Source: Octopus sinensis (taxonomy: Eukaryota). Taken from it: a stretch of DNA of 64,000 nt. Below the pieces are notes generated by a model. It searched no databases. It was not told where the DNA came from and worked only from the letters and a program-made list of their open reading frames with translations. The DNA lies in assembly GCF_006345805.1 (NCBI RefSeq), contig NC_042997.1, forward strand, positions 161,200,001 to 161,264,000. The letters run 5' to 3'. The position numbers and the translations under genes are program-made. How positions within the stretch are numbered: position 1 is the first letter of the stretch; each line of letters starts with the position of its first letter. This document shows, piece by piece, positions 1 through 12,494 of this stretch.

Positions 1-345
1 CCATAATCTTATACTTTAGCATGGGGACGCAACCAAATGTGAGAGGAAGCAGATTCTAAACGAAGGATGACGGATAGTTTTGATGCTGTTCTCTGTCAAG
101 TAGTTGGTTACCAGAATGGAATTGTGGATTTGTGCATTGCCCTAATGCAAGTCCTCTAACATTTTGGGACTAAATCTCTTGCTGAATTCCCTCAAAATTT
201 CCATAAATTATTTTTTGTTTACCGTATGTCCAGAGGAAATCCGGTGGATATAGACGTTGTCCTTAGTGTTGATAAAGATCATGATGAACTTCCCAGTGGA
301 CCTGTATGGTTGCCCGCTTCTGCCAGCAAGAAACACATGCTCGGA
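1..345 (-). mobile_element. Decayed mariner transposase fragment
   Basis: Manual minus-strand translation gives RSTGKFIMIFINTKDNVYIHRISSGHTVNKK*FMEILREF...LH*GNAQIHNSILVTNYLTENSIKTIRHP, then a frameshifted WL.PMLKYKI. This matches the mariner K.M..FFD..G...H.VP.GQTVN / LHHDNA..H / HPPYSPDLAP..WLFP region, with stops. Confidence 0.6.
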
Positions 346-383
346 TAATATAAGTTAACTTAATCTATAATCTGGTCAGCTAA

Positions 384-830
384 TCTATATCTATAAAATA
401 GTCCTTGGATGAAAATTGTATGCACGTTTTGCTTTGACGGTAAATGGCGGCCAAACCGAGGTTACGATCTAGCTGAAAATTGGCAGGGATACTAAATGCG
501 TGGTGAGGATGACACCTGCGATGGATAAAATTCGCAAGCTATAAAGATATGGTTGCTATGGCAAAAAGAGTGATTTTTTATCGATTCAAGGGGGCCCAGA
601 GCCTCTCTAGGTTTGTGCGATTGACTTTTAATGCCCAGCGGCATGCACTGCAGTCTGTTGTGCTTAATAACCATACATTTTGTCGCAAAATTCCGGCTAC
701 TAGGAAACGATTTTTCATTGTGAAAAAACGAGTGCTTTTTGCCCTCATTTTCTTTTTAATCTTTTTATAAAAGTGAAAGGATTTCGTCTATTTATTTCTG
801 CTGTCCACTTACGACGGTGATTCAGTTGAC
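384..830 (+). mobile_element. Possible non-autonomous Helitron-like 5' end
   Basis: Starts a|TCTATATCTATAAAA and contains CGATCTAGCTGAAAATTGGCA, which resembles common non-autonomous Helitron cores. No convincing 3' hairpin-CTAG|t end was found. Confidence 0.3.
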
Positions 831-1773
831 TAGGAAAACTATAGGTAATGAATATCCAATACCAAACTATCTTAATCTACATATTGAAACTGCATTAAAC
901 TTTGGCAAGCTTACCTTTGCCTATTCTGAGTTGGTGATGTTTCCTTCCCTCTCTTCTGATTGTTGATACCTTTTGTTTTTACCTTTGATACCGTTCTTTC
1001 ACTTTAAGGATGCTTCTTTACCCAGCCATTATGATATTTCGACTACTGTCCATTGTTTCAAATAGTTTTTATCATTGTCATTGTAGCCCTTTTTAAACAC
1101 TCACATATGATTCGTCCCAAAGAATTAACCTTTAAATAAGAGTTTTGCTTCCACTAGCGAAAGGTATACGTATCTTTCAGGAAGTTCCATACCAATTTAA
1201 CCTTATGCAGCATTCGCGGTTAGTTTATGTGCGCGCTATGTGGGAAGATAGAATAAAATAGCTCCCTTTGCTGTTGAAAAGAATAAACTCGAATAGGGGT
1301 AGTTTCAACATCTTCCTTCAATTTCCTTACACCATTTATGTGGCTGTTTCTGACAAGACATTTCGCTTTCATGTAAAAGAACTATATTTTGTGGTCATTA
1401 TCTGTAATCTACTCCCAGAACACTTCAGTAGCTCTACTTTACATCGCTTGCAAACTTATATGTTCTATGATAATCAAATTGCAACGGCCTCCACAATAAC
1501 CAGCCTTCAATTTGATTTTCCGTTCCTAGGTTAATCGGAAACAGATTGCCATGCTACACATAAACCTTCTAGGTAGGTCAATTATTTTGTGAGAAAAATA
1601 CCACGAAAGCAACTTAAACCGTCCAAAGTATGGGTACGTTTGCTAGTTAAATGTATATTAATGGTATACAAAAATTACAATAATGAAGGACATTTATAAC
1701 CGTGGCTCCTAAAAAAATTCTCAAATCTTTTGGAATGCATCTCTTACACACATACACACACACATACACATAC

Positions 1774-1819
<46 letters not shown>

Positions 1820-2547
1820 TAAAGATAGGAAGTAGCACTCAATACGTGTGTCAAGTTATATACATATAATAATTTTATTCAGTTCAACATTACTAAAAGT
1901 TTCGGGAGCACGTGGGATACATCTTAATCGTCAGATGTTCGTCTCCAGTTTCCAAAGAACCGTCAAGTGACGTCTTCTACGCATTCTCAAATTAAGTATC
2001 ATGGAAGAAAGTTAAACTTCTATGATGTATGTATGTATATAACCATATATGTATGTGTCTGTGTGGATTGTGTTGTATGTATACATATATGTATATATAT
2101 GTATGTATATATATATTTATATATATATATATATAATCTATAATAATATATATATGTATATATATATATAATCGTGTATACGCGTTCCTTTATATACCAC
2201 ATATTCGAACGTGTCAGTGTGTTTGTGTGTGTGTGTGTGTGTATGTGTGTGTGTGTGTGTGTTAGCTACGCATATTTCTGTATGTTGCTATAAAAAGTAC
2301 ATAACCAAAGAATTACAGGATTACAGATAGTTTTATATGAAGTTCATCCTCTCAAAATCGTTTGAGTGGTGCTTCGCTAACCATTTCTGAGGAGGAGTCT
2401 CAAAATAAATTATTAAGTAGGTCACTTAATACACATACGCACAGACACACGCCCGCGCACACAGACATGCGCGCACACACACATGAATATATATATATAC
2501 AAACGTAATTATATATATATATACATGTACACACATATACATATATG

Positions 2548-2574
<27 letters not shown>

Positions 2575-2584
<10 letters not shown>

Positions 2585-2716
2585 CTATATTTAAGAGATG
2601 AGGAGTTATGTACACTATTTGCATTATTTACATTTGACGGATAGTTGTCCTCATCTTGTTTGTTGTTAACACAACGTTTCGGTTCATATATCCCCCATCC
2701 TTCTTCAGGTGTCAGG

Positions 2717-2720
<4 letters not shown>
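2575..2720 (-). mobile_element. 3' part of an HHR-bearing Penelope-type non-autonomous repeat (same family as 61350-61500)
   Basis: Reverse complement reads ...GAAACGTTGTGTTAACAACAAACAAGATGAGGACAACTATCCGTCAAATGTAAATAAT..., homologous to 61436-61495. Confidence 0.7.
2668..2713 (-). ncRNA. Minimal type I hammerhead ribozyme motif (stem II weakened)
   Basis: GACAC-CTGAAGA-A-GG...CC-GAAAC-GTT-GTGTT: core CUGANGA/GAAA intact, stem I GACAC/GTGTT, palindromic AACGTT at stem III. Confidence 0.6.
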
Positions 2721-2761
<41 letters not shown>

Positions 2762-3273
2762 ACATACATATATATGTATATATATGTGTATATATATTAT
2801 ATATATATATATAGTTATATCATAGTATGTATATTCAATAAACTTTTAATTGAATGTGTAAATCACCTATATGCAAATTCATGAATATACCAAATATATA
2901 GATATGACATTTCTGATTGCCAGATAACACACAAACACGCACACATGCCTATACATATATATACATATCGTTCCTATTACGTTAAACTGACGTATGTCTA
3001 AATTTGGCCAGATCCGTTTTCTTCAATATTCATTGTTGCTTGCAATTGCCAGTTCTTTTGGTCAAACTATCGTTTCTCATGTTGCTTCTGATGCTAAGAT
3101 ATCAACAAATGTCAAGTGTAGTAACACGTTTTTACAATGGAATCGTGAAACTAATTTTTCGATTCCTGGTTTTCTGCAAAAAGCAACGTTTGGAACTTAC
3201 GGACATTTTTTGCATAATAGTAACGATATACACATACATACATACATAATATATATATTATATATATATATAT

Positions 3274-3309
<36 letters not shown>

Positions 3310-3320
3310 TTGTGTGTGTG

Positions 3321-3373
<53 letters not shown>

Positions 3374-3519
3374 TGTGTGTGAGGTATTGGTTCTCAGAAG
3401 ATCCAGGTGACAGGTAGCGTTATGTTAGTGCTAAGGAAGGACTGAAGTTAAACTCTCAGTTCGATAATGATGCGAGTGAGGAGTGTAATTTGGGTCTTGT
3501 ATGAGTATGTATATGTTAA

Positions 3520-3790
3520 ATAAAATGAGACAACAAAGCAAAGTGTGTATGGAATTTTCAGGGCACTTATAAAGGGAAGTTAGTCTTGCAGCTGTTTCTA
3601 CGATATTAGGGATATCCCTTCATCAGAGAGGATGTGAAATGGTTAAATAGAGGGAAATATTAGAGTTCAATATAAGGAGCTATTGTGGAAAAAGAAGGAG
3701 TAAAGAAGTAAATAAGAGAATGAATGTAGAAATAAAAATAAAAATATATAAAGATGTTATTATTTCAGTTCCATTATCTGAAGATTTGAG
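3520..3790 (-). mobile_element. Penelope-type repeat fragment with a mutated HHR (3583-3630)
   Basis: Homologous to 56437-56720. CTGATGA-AGGGATAT...-GAAAC-AGCT-GCA-AGAC has U16.1 changed to C. Confidence 0.55.
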
Positions 3791-3819
3791 GAGTCAGAGA
3801 GAAAGAAAGAAGTGTATAT

Positions 3820-4170
3820 TCATATACGCACGCACACACACACGCACACATATGTATGTGTGTATGCACTATTATATAGGCCTGCATACTAATGTATTTA
3901 AACCCATATGCATGCATGCATATACATATTTACATATACACATATATACATATATATATACATATGCATATATACATATATATATACATATATATACATA
4001 CAGACGCATGCATGCATACATATATACATACAGACACATATACATATACATGCACACACACACATACCCACAAATATATGCATATACGCATACACGTGCG
4101 TACATATATACGCATACATTCACACGTCACACACATACATGCGCGCGCACACACATGCACATACATGCAT
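3820..4170. repeat. Compound (CA/TA/CATA) microsatellite
   Basis: Alternating purine/pyrimidine low-complexity tract; source of many spurious H/I/Y/T-rich ORFs. Confidence 0.9.
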
Positions 4171-4337
4171 ATTGTTATATAAAAAAAAACAATTATTATT
4201 ATTGTAATATTTGCGTAACAACTATTTCATAATGGTTAGATAAACATAAGTAACGTGGCAATCATATGAAATTATATAAATATGGGTGATATGAGAATAT
4301 AAATACAGCAACATAAATTCATATATATATATATATA

Positions 4338-5637
4338 TACTGCGTCCCACATTATAAGGCAAATAAATTTCTTCTCGATAAATAGATGTATATTCGTTCA
4401 AAACCAGTTGTTTTACTACTGACTGTTAGCAACACCTCTCTGCGCACATTCTGTTAAAATACATCGGATCTGCACACACGCCAACAAATGACGGCCATTT
4501 CTGTAATTGGGCAACATTTTCACCATCCCAAATTCTTAGGTAAGTATAATAAAAATGATAATTGTGTCAGAATAAACATTTATTTAATTCAACAGTAAAA
4601 GTTAAAAAATTATTCATGAAGAACTTAATGGTAAGCACAATAATACGTTCGAATGAAAATAATCATGGGATTATGAAGTCATACACCACCTGTTTGGTGT
4701 ATGGTCCTCCACATGCAATAACCTTTTTTCTTTCGCGCTTATCCATTCAATTTGTCATGATGGTGTTATCCTCTTGTGTCATGCTTTGAGCAGCATCTAC
4801 AATCGTATCCCAGAAGGCAATTTTATATGAAAATAGACTGACCATCATAGAACCAATGATGCCAGCCCAATACAAGACCCCCCCTGTCGGCGTCTCAAAC
4901 GATGAAGACGGTTCTCGCTGATTGATACCCAACCTTTACTCCAGACATCTGGTTCGTCAAAGGTAGCACGGCGTTCAACAATGAACAGAACTGTTCAAAA
5001 ATCTATCTACATGTATTCTTCTGCTCTTTCAGTCTCTTCTGTTTATGAACAGCCTTCAGTGGTGGCGAGAGGCTTGTAACAGTTTTAACATTCCTGACTA
5101 CCTGGTTCAAGAGGCAAACCCTAGTAGTTTTCGAAACGTCTTCCCTGCTACAACGTTTGAAGACTTCTCTACTTGTCAGACGTTGTTTCCGCACAACTTC
5201 GTTTTTCCCACTAGACAAAGTACGATCCGAAGCAACACTCGACTTACCCTTATCTGCCCTCGACCGGACAGAAATAGAAGAATGCACCAATTTCTTCACT
5301 GTTCGGTGATCTCTTCCCAGTATTTTTGATATTTCTATGGTTGTTTTTCCTTTTCCAAGCTCTGACACGATGGTAGACTTTTCATTCAAGATAATGTCAC
5401 GTTTCAGACCCCCTAATGACAATTAATTGTGCACCTGCTTAATAATTTGGGACAGCAGAAATGTTGTTGCTACGCGGTAATAGCCGCCGTTTGTGTCTGT
5501 CTGCGCAGATCCGATGTATTTTAACAAAATTTATGCAAATAGGATTTGCCAACAGTCAGTGGAAAAATAACTGGTTTTGAAAGAATATACATTTATTTAT
5601 TGACAGGAGGTTGACTTGCATAATAATGTGGAACGCA

Positions 5638-5640
<3 letters not shown>
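4338..5640 (-). mobile_element. Tc1-like DNA transposon with long TIRs and a decayed transposase
   Basis: Ends TACTGCGT(C/T)CCACATTAT sit in TA context, with about 200 bp of degenerate inverted termini. ORF 5003-5422 (EKSTIVSELGKG...ISKILGRDHRTVKK) is an HTH region, and downstream fragments RATFDEPDVWSKG and GGVLYWAGIIG are Tc1-type; stops and frameshifts present. Confidence 0.85.
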
Positions 5641-5692
<52 letters not shown>

Positions 5693-6556
5693 AAAGGTCT
5701 GATCAAAATACGTATCAGGACTGTCGCCATAGTAGCGAATCTAAAGCACGTAGAGTAAAGCCGCTTTGAATCTGCTGTGCAGGCGCACAGAGTTTCAACG
5801 TCCTAGCAGACTTCCGGTGTGTTTGGAAGGAAAGTGTGTAGCGTGTGATCGTCGCATTGACCATGACAGAGAAAGTTGTCATGGCGATACCTGCTTAGAG
5901 GTTTACGCAAGGTTGCAGAAAGTGTATGGAGAGGAAAGTGTATGAGTCCCACACATATGTACTGTACAAGTGATTTAGACGTTTCAAAGATGGCCGAAAA
6001 TATATCAATAGTGACGGACGGTTTGGGAGACCTGCAAGCAGCAGAACTGAGAAAAACATCGCAGATGTGCGTGCAGCTGTGAGGGGAAATCATCGAATCT
6101 CTATCTGTGAGTTATCAGGGGATGTGCAGATAAGTTACGGTTCAGTTTAGTCCGTTATAACCGAAGATTTGAGTATGAGACGCGTAGGCAACAAATTTGT
6201 GTCAAAACTGCTTTCAGCTGACCAAAAGGACACTCGGATTTCAGTTGCACAAGATCTCCTTGATTGTGCCGAGAAGGGTGGAAACTTTTTGAAAAAGTTT
6301 GCTTAGGCCACCGAGCAGGTATCGCCGAGCTTTTGGCAAAATTTGATGTAGATTTTCTGCTCAATTTCTCTGTGATTGTCAATGCGACGATCATACGCTA
6401 CACACCTTCCTTCCAAGCACTGCTGTAAACAGCAGAAGCAAGCTAGAACGTTAAAACAGAGTTCGTAGTCGATCTGCGCTAATCGGCTTAAATTCTGCGT
6501 GCTTTAGCTTCGTTACTATAGCAACAGTCCGGAGACCTATTGATAAGTCAACTTAT
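5693..6556 (+). mobile_element. Mariner derivative made of two inverted 5' ends (fold-back)
   Basis: 5693-6298 encodes FRRFKDGR...GRP...ITEDLSMRRVGNKFVSKLLSADQK (mariner N-terminal half). 6300-6556 is a diverged inverted copy of the TIR, 5' UTR and first codons. Confidence 0.8.
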
Positions 6557-6604
6557 ATATTTCGGTGCGTATTGTTTTGTTATGCAGTGCCGAGATTTAA
6601 AATC

Positions 6605-7070
6605 CTGTAAATAATAATAACGGTATTTATATAAGCTTAAAGCAATCACAGTGCAAAGACTAAGGAAGGTAGTCTAATAATGGGGCATATAATCCCCTCG
6701 AAAGACAGATGTAGGCTTTCTCATCCGCATGGGACTCGAGCCCACATCCATTTAACGCGAACCCACATCCCTTTAACGCTACTGTGTGTTACCATTACAC
6801 TACCGAATTAGCCTCCCTGTCACCGTCAAATTTAAGAACTATATTAGTTCGTAGTTGTTTTTTGTAAACAAACTACTATGTGCTGGTGTAATGGTAACGC
6901 ACTTAGTCGTTAACAAGGGGATGTGGGTTCGAATCCTACGCGGATGGGAAAACCTACGTTTTTCTGTCGAAGGCTTATATGCCCTATTATTCCACCATTT
7001 TCCTCAGTCTTTGCATGGTGATCTCTATAAGCTTTAAGCTTATATAAATACCATTGTTATTATTTACACT
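6605..7070. mobile_element. Head-to-head inverted pair of tRNA-headed repeats
   Basis: Plus copy has A-box TGGTGTAATGG (about 6887) and B-box GGTTCGAATCC (about 6926). The minus copy at 6605-6805 mirrors it, including the tail GCTTTAAGCTTATATAAATACC. Confidence 0.7.
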
Positions 7071-7084
7071 ATGTATATATATAT

Positions 7085-7546
7085 TGTGTATGAGTCACTG
7101 AACAATTGATGGACTTGTTGATATGACTGGCATGCTCTTGAGCTCCTGCCAACGAATTTTGTGCGAGGAATTGCAAATGAAAATAGGTGTAGCAAAATTT
7201 CTGTCTCGCTTGCTCAAGGAAGATCAAAAGCAGTCACGACTTAATGCGTGTCGTGAATTGAAAGAAAAGTTGGAAGTTAATCCGGACCTTTTTTCAAAGG
7301 TCATGAGGAGTAAGGAAAGCTGGTGCTACGGAATTTGCCGATGTGGAAGAAGTGAAACAAAAACGATGGAGGCATTAAAAGGCATAATTTCTCAAGGGCT
7401 TTAGCACTGCTACGAATAGTGGAAAACGGGTTTGGACCGGTGCATTGCTTTAAATAGCAAATACTTTGAAGGCCATAAAAGTTTAAACATGTAAAACTAA
7501 GTGAATAAGATAATAATGCAAAATTCCGGTTTCCTTTGAGTACCCC

Positions 7547-7550
<4 letters not shown>
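7085..7550 (+). mobile_element. Internally deleted mariner remnant with 3' TIR
   Basis: SSCQRILCEELQMK..AKFLSRLLKEDQK...ESWCYG is joined directly to FADVEEVKQKTMEALKGI...W..GLDRCIA..YFEG, so most of the catalytic domain is deleted. 3' end CCTTTGAGTACCCCTTCA|TA. Confidence 0.8.
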
Positions 7551-7585
<35 letters not shown>

Positions 7586-9318
7586 ATTAGCAGCGAATAT
7601 TGTAAATAAAATATCCCCTCAGCTTCATATTTTATTTATTATTCTCATAACTTTTATACTTTTTATATCGTTTTATTAACCGCCTTTTAGTATCTACTAT
7701 GTTATGGCTTTAATTACTTTCTGTGATATCTACTTATCCCCTTCAATAATTCTGACATATTATTTACAAAACATATTCTATCATAAAGTTTATATACAAC
7801 TAACCATTTATGATTGCTTTTAAATATGCTTTCTAATTTATAAATAAGCCATAATAATTATTAACGGTTAAATATAAATTTCAGTCTCCAGTATTTAAAA
7901 TTCCGTACTTCCTTATTTGGATATTCTTTTTTCAGCCCCACTTCTTACTTATTATATGGGAGTTTTAAATTAGCTCCTTTATAGTAATCTAAAGAGTGAA
8001 AGTTAAATATATTTCTATATCATATATATCATCAGCTATCCGTTACTCGATAGTCGTGTTTTAAACAGACATGATTCCAAAAACAATTACACATTACAAA
8101 AATTAGTAAGAGCACCATACCCATGTAATTCTAAAGTATCCCTTTTTTCTTTATTCAGTTTTTATTATTTTTTCATATTGTGCTACTGAATTTATTCTCT
8201 TTCTGTACGAAACGATCGTATAGCGAAATGAATAAAAAATATTTTATTCCATATTAACATCTAATCTCCTCCATTTACGAAATATATGATTGAATTTGTT
8301 GAACTTCGTTCTATAACTTAAATCATATACTTAATATATATGTGTGTGTGCGTGTGAGTTTTGTTTGTGTGTGCGCGCACGCACACATATTCATGGAGCT
8401 AATGCAAATTTTTATCACATTTTGTAGTGGAGAAAACAGTCTCGAGAGCAGTGTTTCTGCTCGTATAAATTCTGCTGTTAGATAAAATATAAAAAGAAAA
8501 CTGTCTTAGAAGCATTATGGAGAGAATATGGAAGAAGCAAGTAAAATACTATGAAATCAGAAAAGATTAATAAAATTCTGAAGAATGGTTAAAGGATCGA
8601 TATAATTTACAAAGACATATTCAGAGATATGGAGTTTATAAAAAAAAATACATTGAGGGCATAGAAATCTATAACATAACAAAAGAGTAGCATTATTGAG
8701 TTATATATAATAGAGAGAATTAAAAAGGAAATCAAATAAGATATGAAAGATATTAACCGTTGGCAAGACAGTATTATTTTCTATACCAAGAGTGGAGTTA
8801 AATTTGTTTGTTAAAGGAAAATAAGTGTAAAGTAAAATCAAATATAAAAGTATTGTACACAAATACAGAAAAATAAATTTTAACAGTTTTACATTAAAAA
8901 AGAAATCGAGGGAAAATCACGTAAGTAAATAGAAGAGTATTTGAGAGAGACGGAAGAGTAATGCTCGAAGAAATGCAAACAAAAGTTTAGCGATTATGAG
9001 AAATACTTCATGATGAGTTCTAGGCGTATGAATTAGGGGTAAACAATGTATTCAGAAAAAGAAACGTAATGTTAATAGGGAAATTTTAATAGAAGCATTT
9101 TAGAATACTGATTGAGCGTCATAAGTTGATAGTGGGTGCCATAATAAAAATGGCAACAAACGAATAAATTATTCAAGGGTAACAATGAAAGATACGTGAT
9201 TCCAACGACCACACATTCAAGCAAAAGTATACATGCATCCATACAAACATAAACACAAAAACAGCCCCCACACTCACACACATATGCACGTACATTCACG
9301 CACACGGATGCATATAAC

Positions 9319-9389
<71 letters not shown>

Positions 9390-9747
9390 TGATGTACTAT
9401 TTCGTGCTGCTAAGATTAACAAAAAAAAGTACTCCATCTGGTGATATATAAATATATCTCACAGTATATATTTTTATGGGCCACTAATAGTTTCATGCGA
9501 TGAAAACAAATCAGACAGCATTTTATAACATGTCTGGTGCTTTCACGGAATCCTACGGCTCTGCCCACATGGCAACGTCCTGTTTTGCTTGCTATGCTAT
9601 GTGGGTAGAGCTTCAGGGGTGCCTAAAGGCACCACTGTGTTACAAAATGCTCTCTGAGTTATTTTCATCACATGAAACATTTAATAGCTCATAAAATATA
9701 TATATATATATATATATTTGTAAAAGAGAAGTTTGAAAATTCCACTA

Positions 9748-11031
9748 CGAGGGGCGTTCAATAAGTAATGCCTCTGACCCACTTGCATTGTTTGATCTAG
9801 CATGAAATTGCATGTGCAATTATCGATATCTCTATAGATTAAGTGGTAAATTACAGCTCTGAACTAATTGTGGTTTCTGATTTACAGGTGTTTCAACTGA
9901 GTCAAGTGTGAAATGGAGCCTGTTGAGTGTCGGGCAGTGATCCGCTTTTTATATTTGAAAGGACGCACACCACGGGAGACTTTTGATGAAATGAAAGTAA
10001 CTTATGGTGATGATGCCCCATCATATGACCTTGTAAAACGCTGGCATTGTGAATTCAAACATGGTCGGAACTCTGTGGAAACAGCTCCCAGATCTGGTCG
10101 CCCCCCTACTGCTATTGATGAGGCATCTGTCCATCAAGTTGCCATTTTGGAAGATCGACGCATAACTATTCGCCAAATAGCCCATGAGGTCAAGATTAGT
10201 ACTGGGTCTGTGGAAACCAATCATTCATGACAATTTGCATATGCAAAAGGTGTCTGCCAGATGGATTCCCAGGTTGCTCACACCTTTCCGGAAGCAAGAA
10301 CGCGTCGAGTGCTCGAGGATGAATTTGGAGATGTGCCAAGAAGATGAGTCAACATTTTTCAAAAGACTGATTACACAGGGTGAAACCTGGGTCCATCACT
10401 ATGATCCAGAGACAAAAGCCCAGTCAATGCAGTGGAAGCACCGTGACTCACCTCCTCCAAAGAAGGCAAGGGTGCAGCCCTCCACTAGCAAGATCATGCT
10501 CATAGTCTTCTGGGACCAGGACGGAGTAGTGATGACAGATTTCCTGGCAAAGGGCACCACAATTACAGGAGCCTATTATGCTTCACTTTTGATGAAATTA
10601 AGAGAAGCTATCAAAATCAAGAGGCGGGGCAAGATCAGCAAAGGCATCCTCCTCCTGCAGAACAACGCTCCGGTCCACAACTCGATGGTCGCCAGATCAG
10701 AAGCGCAGGCGTGCGGCTATGAACTCCTCCCCCATGCCCCTACTCTCTTGACCTTGCACCCTCAGACTTTCACCTCTTCCCAGCCATGAAGTTGTTTTTG
10801 AAAGGAAAGAGTTTCCCAGATGATGCAGCCTTGATTTCTGAAGTCACGTCGTGGTTGGAGGACCAAGCTGGGGTCTTCTACAAAAACGGTCTCCAGAGCT
10901 GCATCAAACAATGGAAGAAATGCGTAACTCTGGGTGGTTTCTATGTAGAAAAAGACTAATAACTGTGCCAAGTTTCGTTGCTCTACTGGTATGGGAAGTG
11001 GTCAGGGGCATTACTTATTGAACGCCCCTCG
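9748..11031 (+). mobile_element. Full-length (1284 bp) mariner element, irritans/Himar-like
   Basis: TIR CGAGGGGCGTTCAATAAGTAATGCC(T/C)CTGACC at both ends, TA target duplication at 9746-47 and 11032-33. Confidence 0.95.
9913..10959 (+). pseudogene. Mariner transposase pseudogene
   Basis: Three frame segments: MEPVECRAVIRFLYLKG..., ARWIPRLLT...WVHHYDPETK..., YSLDLAPSDFHLF...YVEKD*. Frameshifts near 10217 and 10738; catalytic motifs read TQGETW and LLQNNAP. Confidence 0.92.
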
Positions 11032-11088
11032 TATATTAGATAAATTTTAATTTTTACATGTTTATAATTATTTGGTAATTATAATTAT

Positions 11089-11234
11089 TGTGGTAAGAAG
11101 TATGCTTCCCAACCACATTGTCCCGGGTTCAGTTACACTACGTGGAACCTTGGTCATGTGTCTTCTACTATAGCCTCGGGCCGACTAAAGTCTCGTGAGT
11201 AGATTTGGTAGACGGAAACTGAGAGAAGGCCGAC

Positions 11235-11284
<50 letters not shown>

Positions 11285-11500
11285 ATGTATGTATATGCGT
11301 GTGTGTGTTTGCGTCTTTGAGTCTGTGTTTATCCCCTACAATCCCTTGACAATTGATATTGGTATGCTTACATCTCTGTAACCTAGCGGTTCGGTGAAAG
11401 ATCCAATAGAATAAGTACCAGGCTTACAAGGAATAAATCCTGGAGTCGATTTCATCGACTAAGAGGTGGTACTCTAGCATAGCTGCAGAAAATAAATGAG
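11089..11500 (+). mobile_element. tRNA-derived SINE with internal (TA)/(TG) microsatellite
   Basis: Homologous to 40217-40613 and 28395-28790 (GTGTCTTCTACTATAGCCTCGGGCCGAC...TTTGGTAGACGGAAACTGA). Confidence 0.85.
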
Positions 11501-11984
11501 ACAGAGAAATGCATCTCAAAATTCTATTTAATGAAAGCTCATTTTCAAATGAAAACTCATGCAAAATTTTAAGGAAAAGAAACGAAATGAATTTAGAAAG
11601 TTCGAAAATATATCAGACGAGAATATTCTATTTTTATTTATATTTTTGCTTTCTTATATTCCTTTTCTATTTATTGCTAACTTTATAATTCTTCTTCGTA
11701 TACTCATAGCATTCATCCAACTCACCAACAATCGTGTCTTTTTAATGTTGTAATGCGTAATTTAACATGCCCGATGTGAACTAGCTGATACATGCACACT
11801 GAGCTATAAAAATTCTTTTTCCTTCATTCTTTACTGATTATTTAATGAGCTGATGATTTTCTGTTGAGACGAAACCAGTCACTCTCTATTCAGAATTGCA
11901 ACTTAAAAAGGATTAAAATCATTCTCACGCATTTAACCGCATCAATTAGCAATCCACTAACGAATATATTTACCGAGCCCGGAG

Positions 11985-12030
<46 letters not shown>

Positions 12031-12032
<2 letters not shown>

Positions 12033-12301
12033 AATCTAAAAACAGAAACAATTCCTATCATAGTAGGTGCATTAAACATGATAAAAAAAATATTCAGACA
12101 AATACATAACAAAAACACCAGGACTTACAAACACATATAACATACAGAAAATTGCACTACTAGGCACTGCACACATCCTACGCAGAACACTTTCCATACA
12201 ATAACCATCAGAGCATCATAACAAATTACAGCACATACCAAAGGCACACAGAGCTGCGCTCGGTAGTGAAGTGAAAGCACGCTATAAAAATAAAACTACT
12301 G
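12031..12301 (+). mobile_element. Dong/R4-like RLE retrotransposon family A, 3' end only
   Basis: Encodes ETIPIIVGAL...IQKIALLGTAHILRRTLSIQ* plus a 3' UTR ending AAAACTACTG(AAT)n. Nearly identical to the 3' ends at 48937 and 58130; (AAT)n on both sides. Confidence 0.9.
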
Positions 12302-12324
12302 AATAATAATAATAATAATAATAA

Positions 12325-12494
12325 GGAGAAGAAGAAGAAGAAGAAGAAGAAGAAGAAGAAGAAGAAGAAGAAGAGAAGAAGAAGGAGAAGAAGAAGAAGA
12401 AGAAGAAGAAGAAGAAGAAGAAGAAGAAGAAGAAGAAGAAGAAGAAGAAGAAGAAGAAGAAGAAGAAGAAGAAGAAGAAGAAGAAGAAGAAGAA
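12325..12494. repeat. (GAA)n microsatellite
   Basis: About 170 bp of GAA repeats. Confidence 0.95.

Noticed and set aside
900-1560. Possible integrase zinc-finger-like relic on the minus strand
   Set aside because: Only a few residues match and there are many stops; not supportable.
2994-3275. ORF with a signal-peptide-like start (MSKFGQIRFLQYSLLLAIASSFG)
   Set aside because: It runs into a microsatellite, overlaps an equally long frame, and has no recognisable domain.
1647-4232. Many 60-170 aa ORFs rich in H/I/Y/T/C/V/M (also at 15.3, 21.7, 22.5, 56.7 and 62.3 kb)
   Set aside because: They are translations of (TA)/(CA)/(TG) microsatellites, which lack stop codons in several frames.
7580-9200. 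Very AT-rich stretch with faint Penelope-like peptide echoes (similar case at about 32900-33500)
   Set aside because: Too decayed to support any motif by eye.
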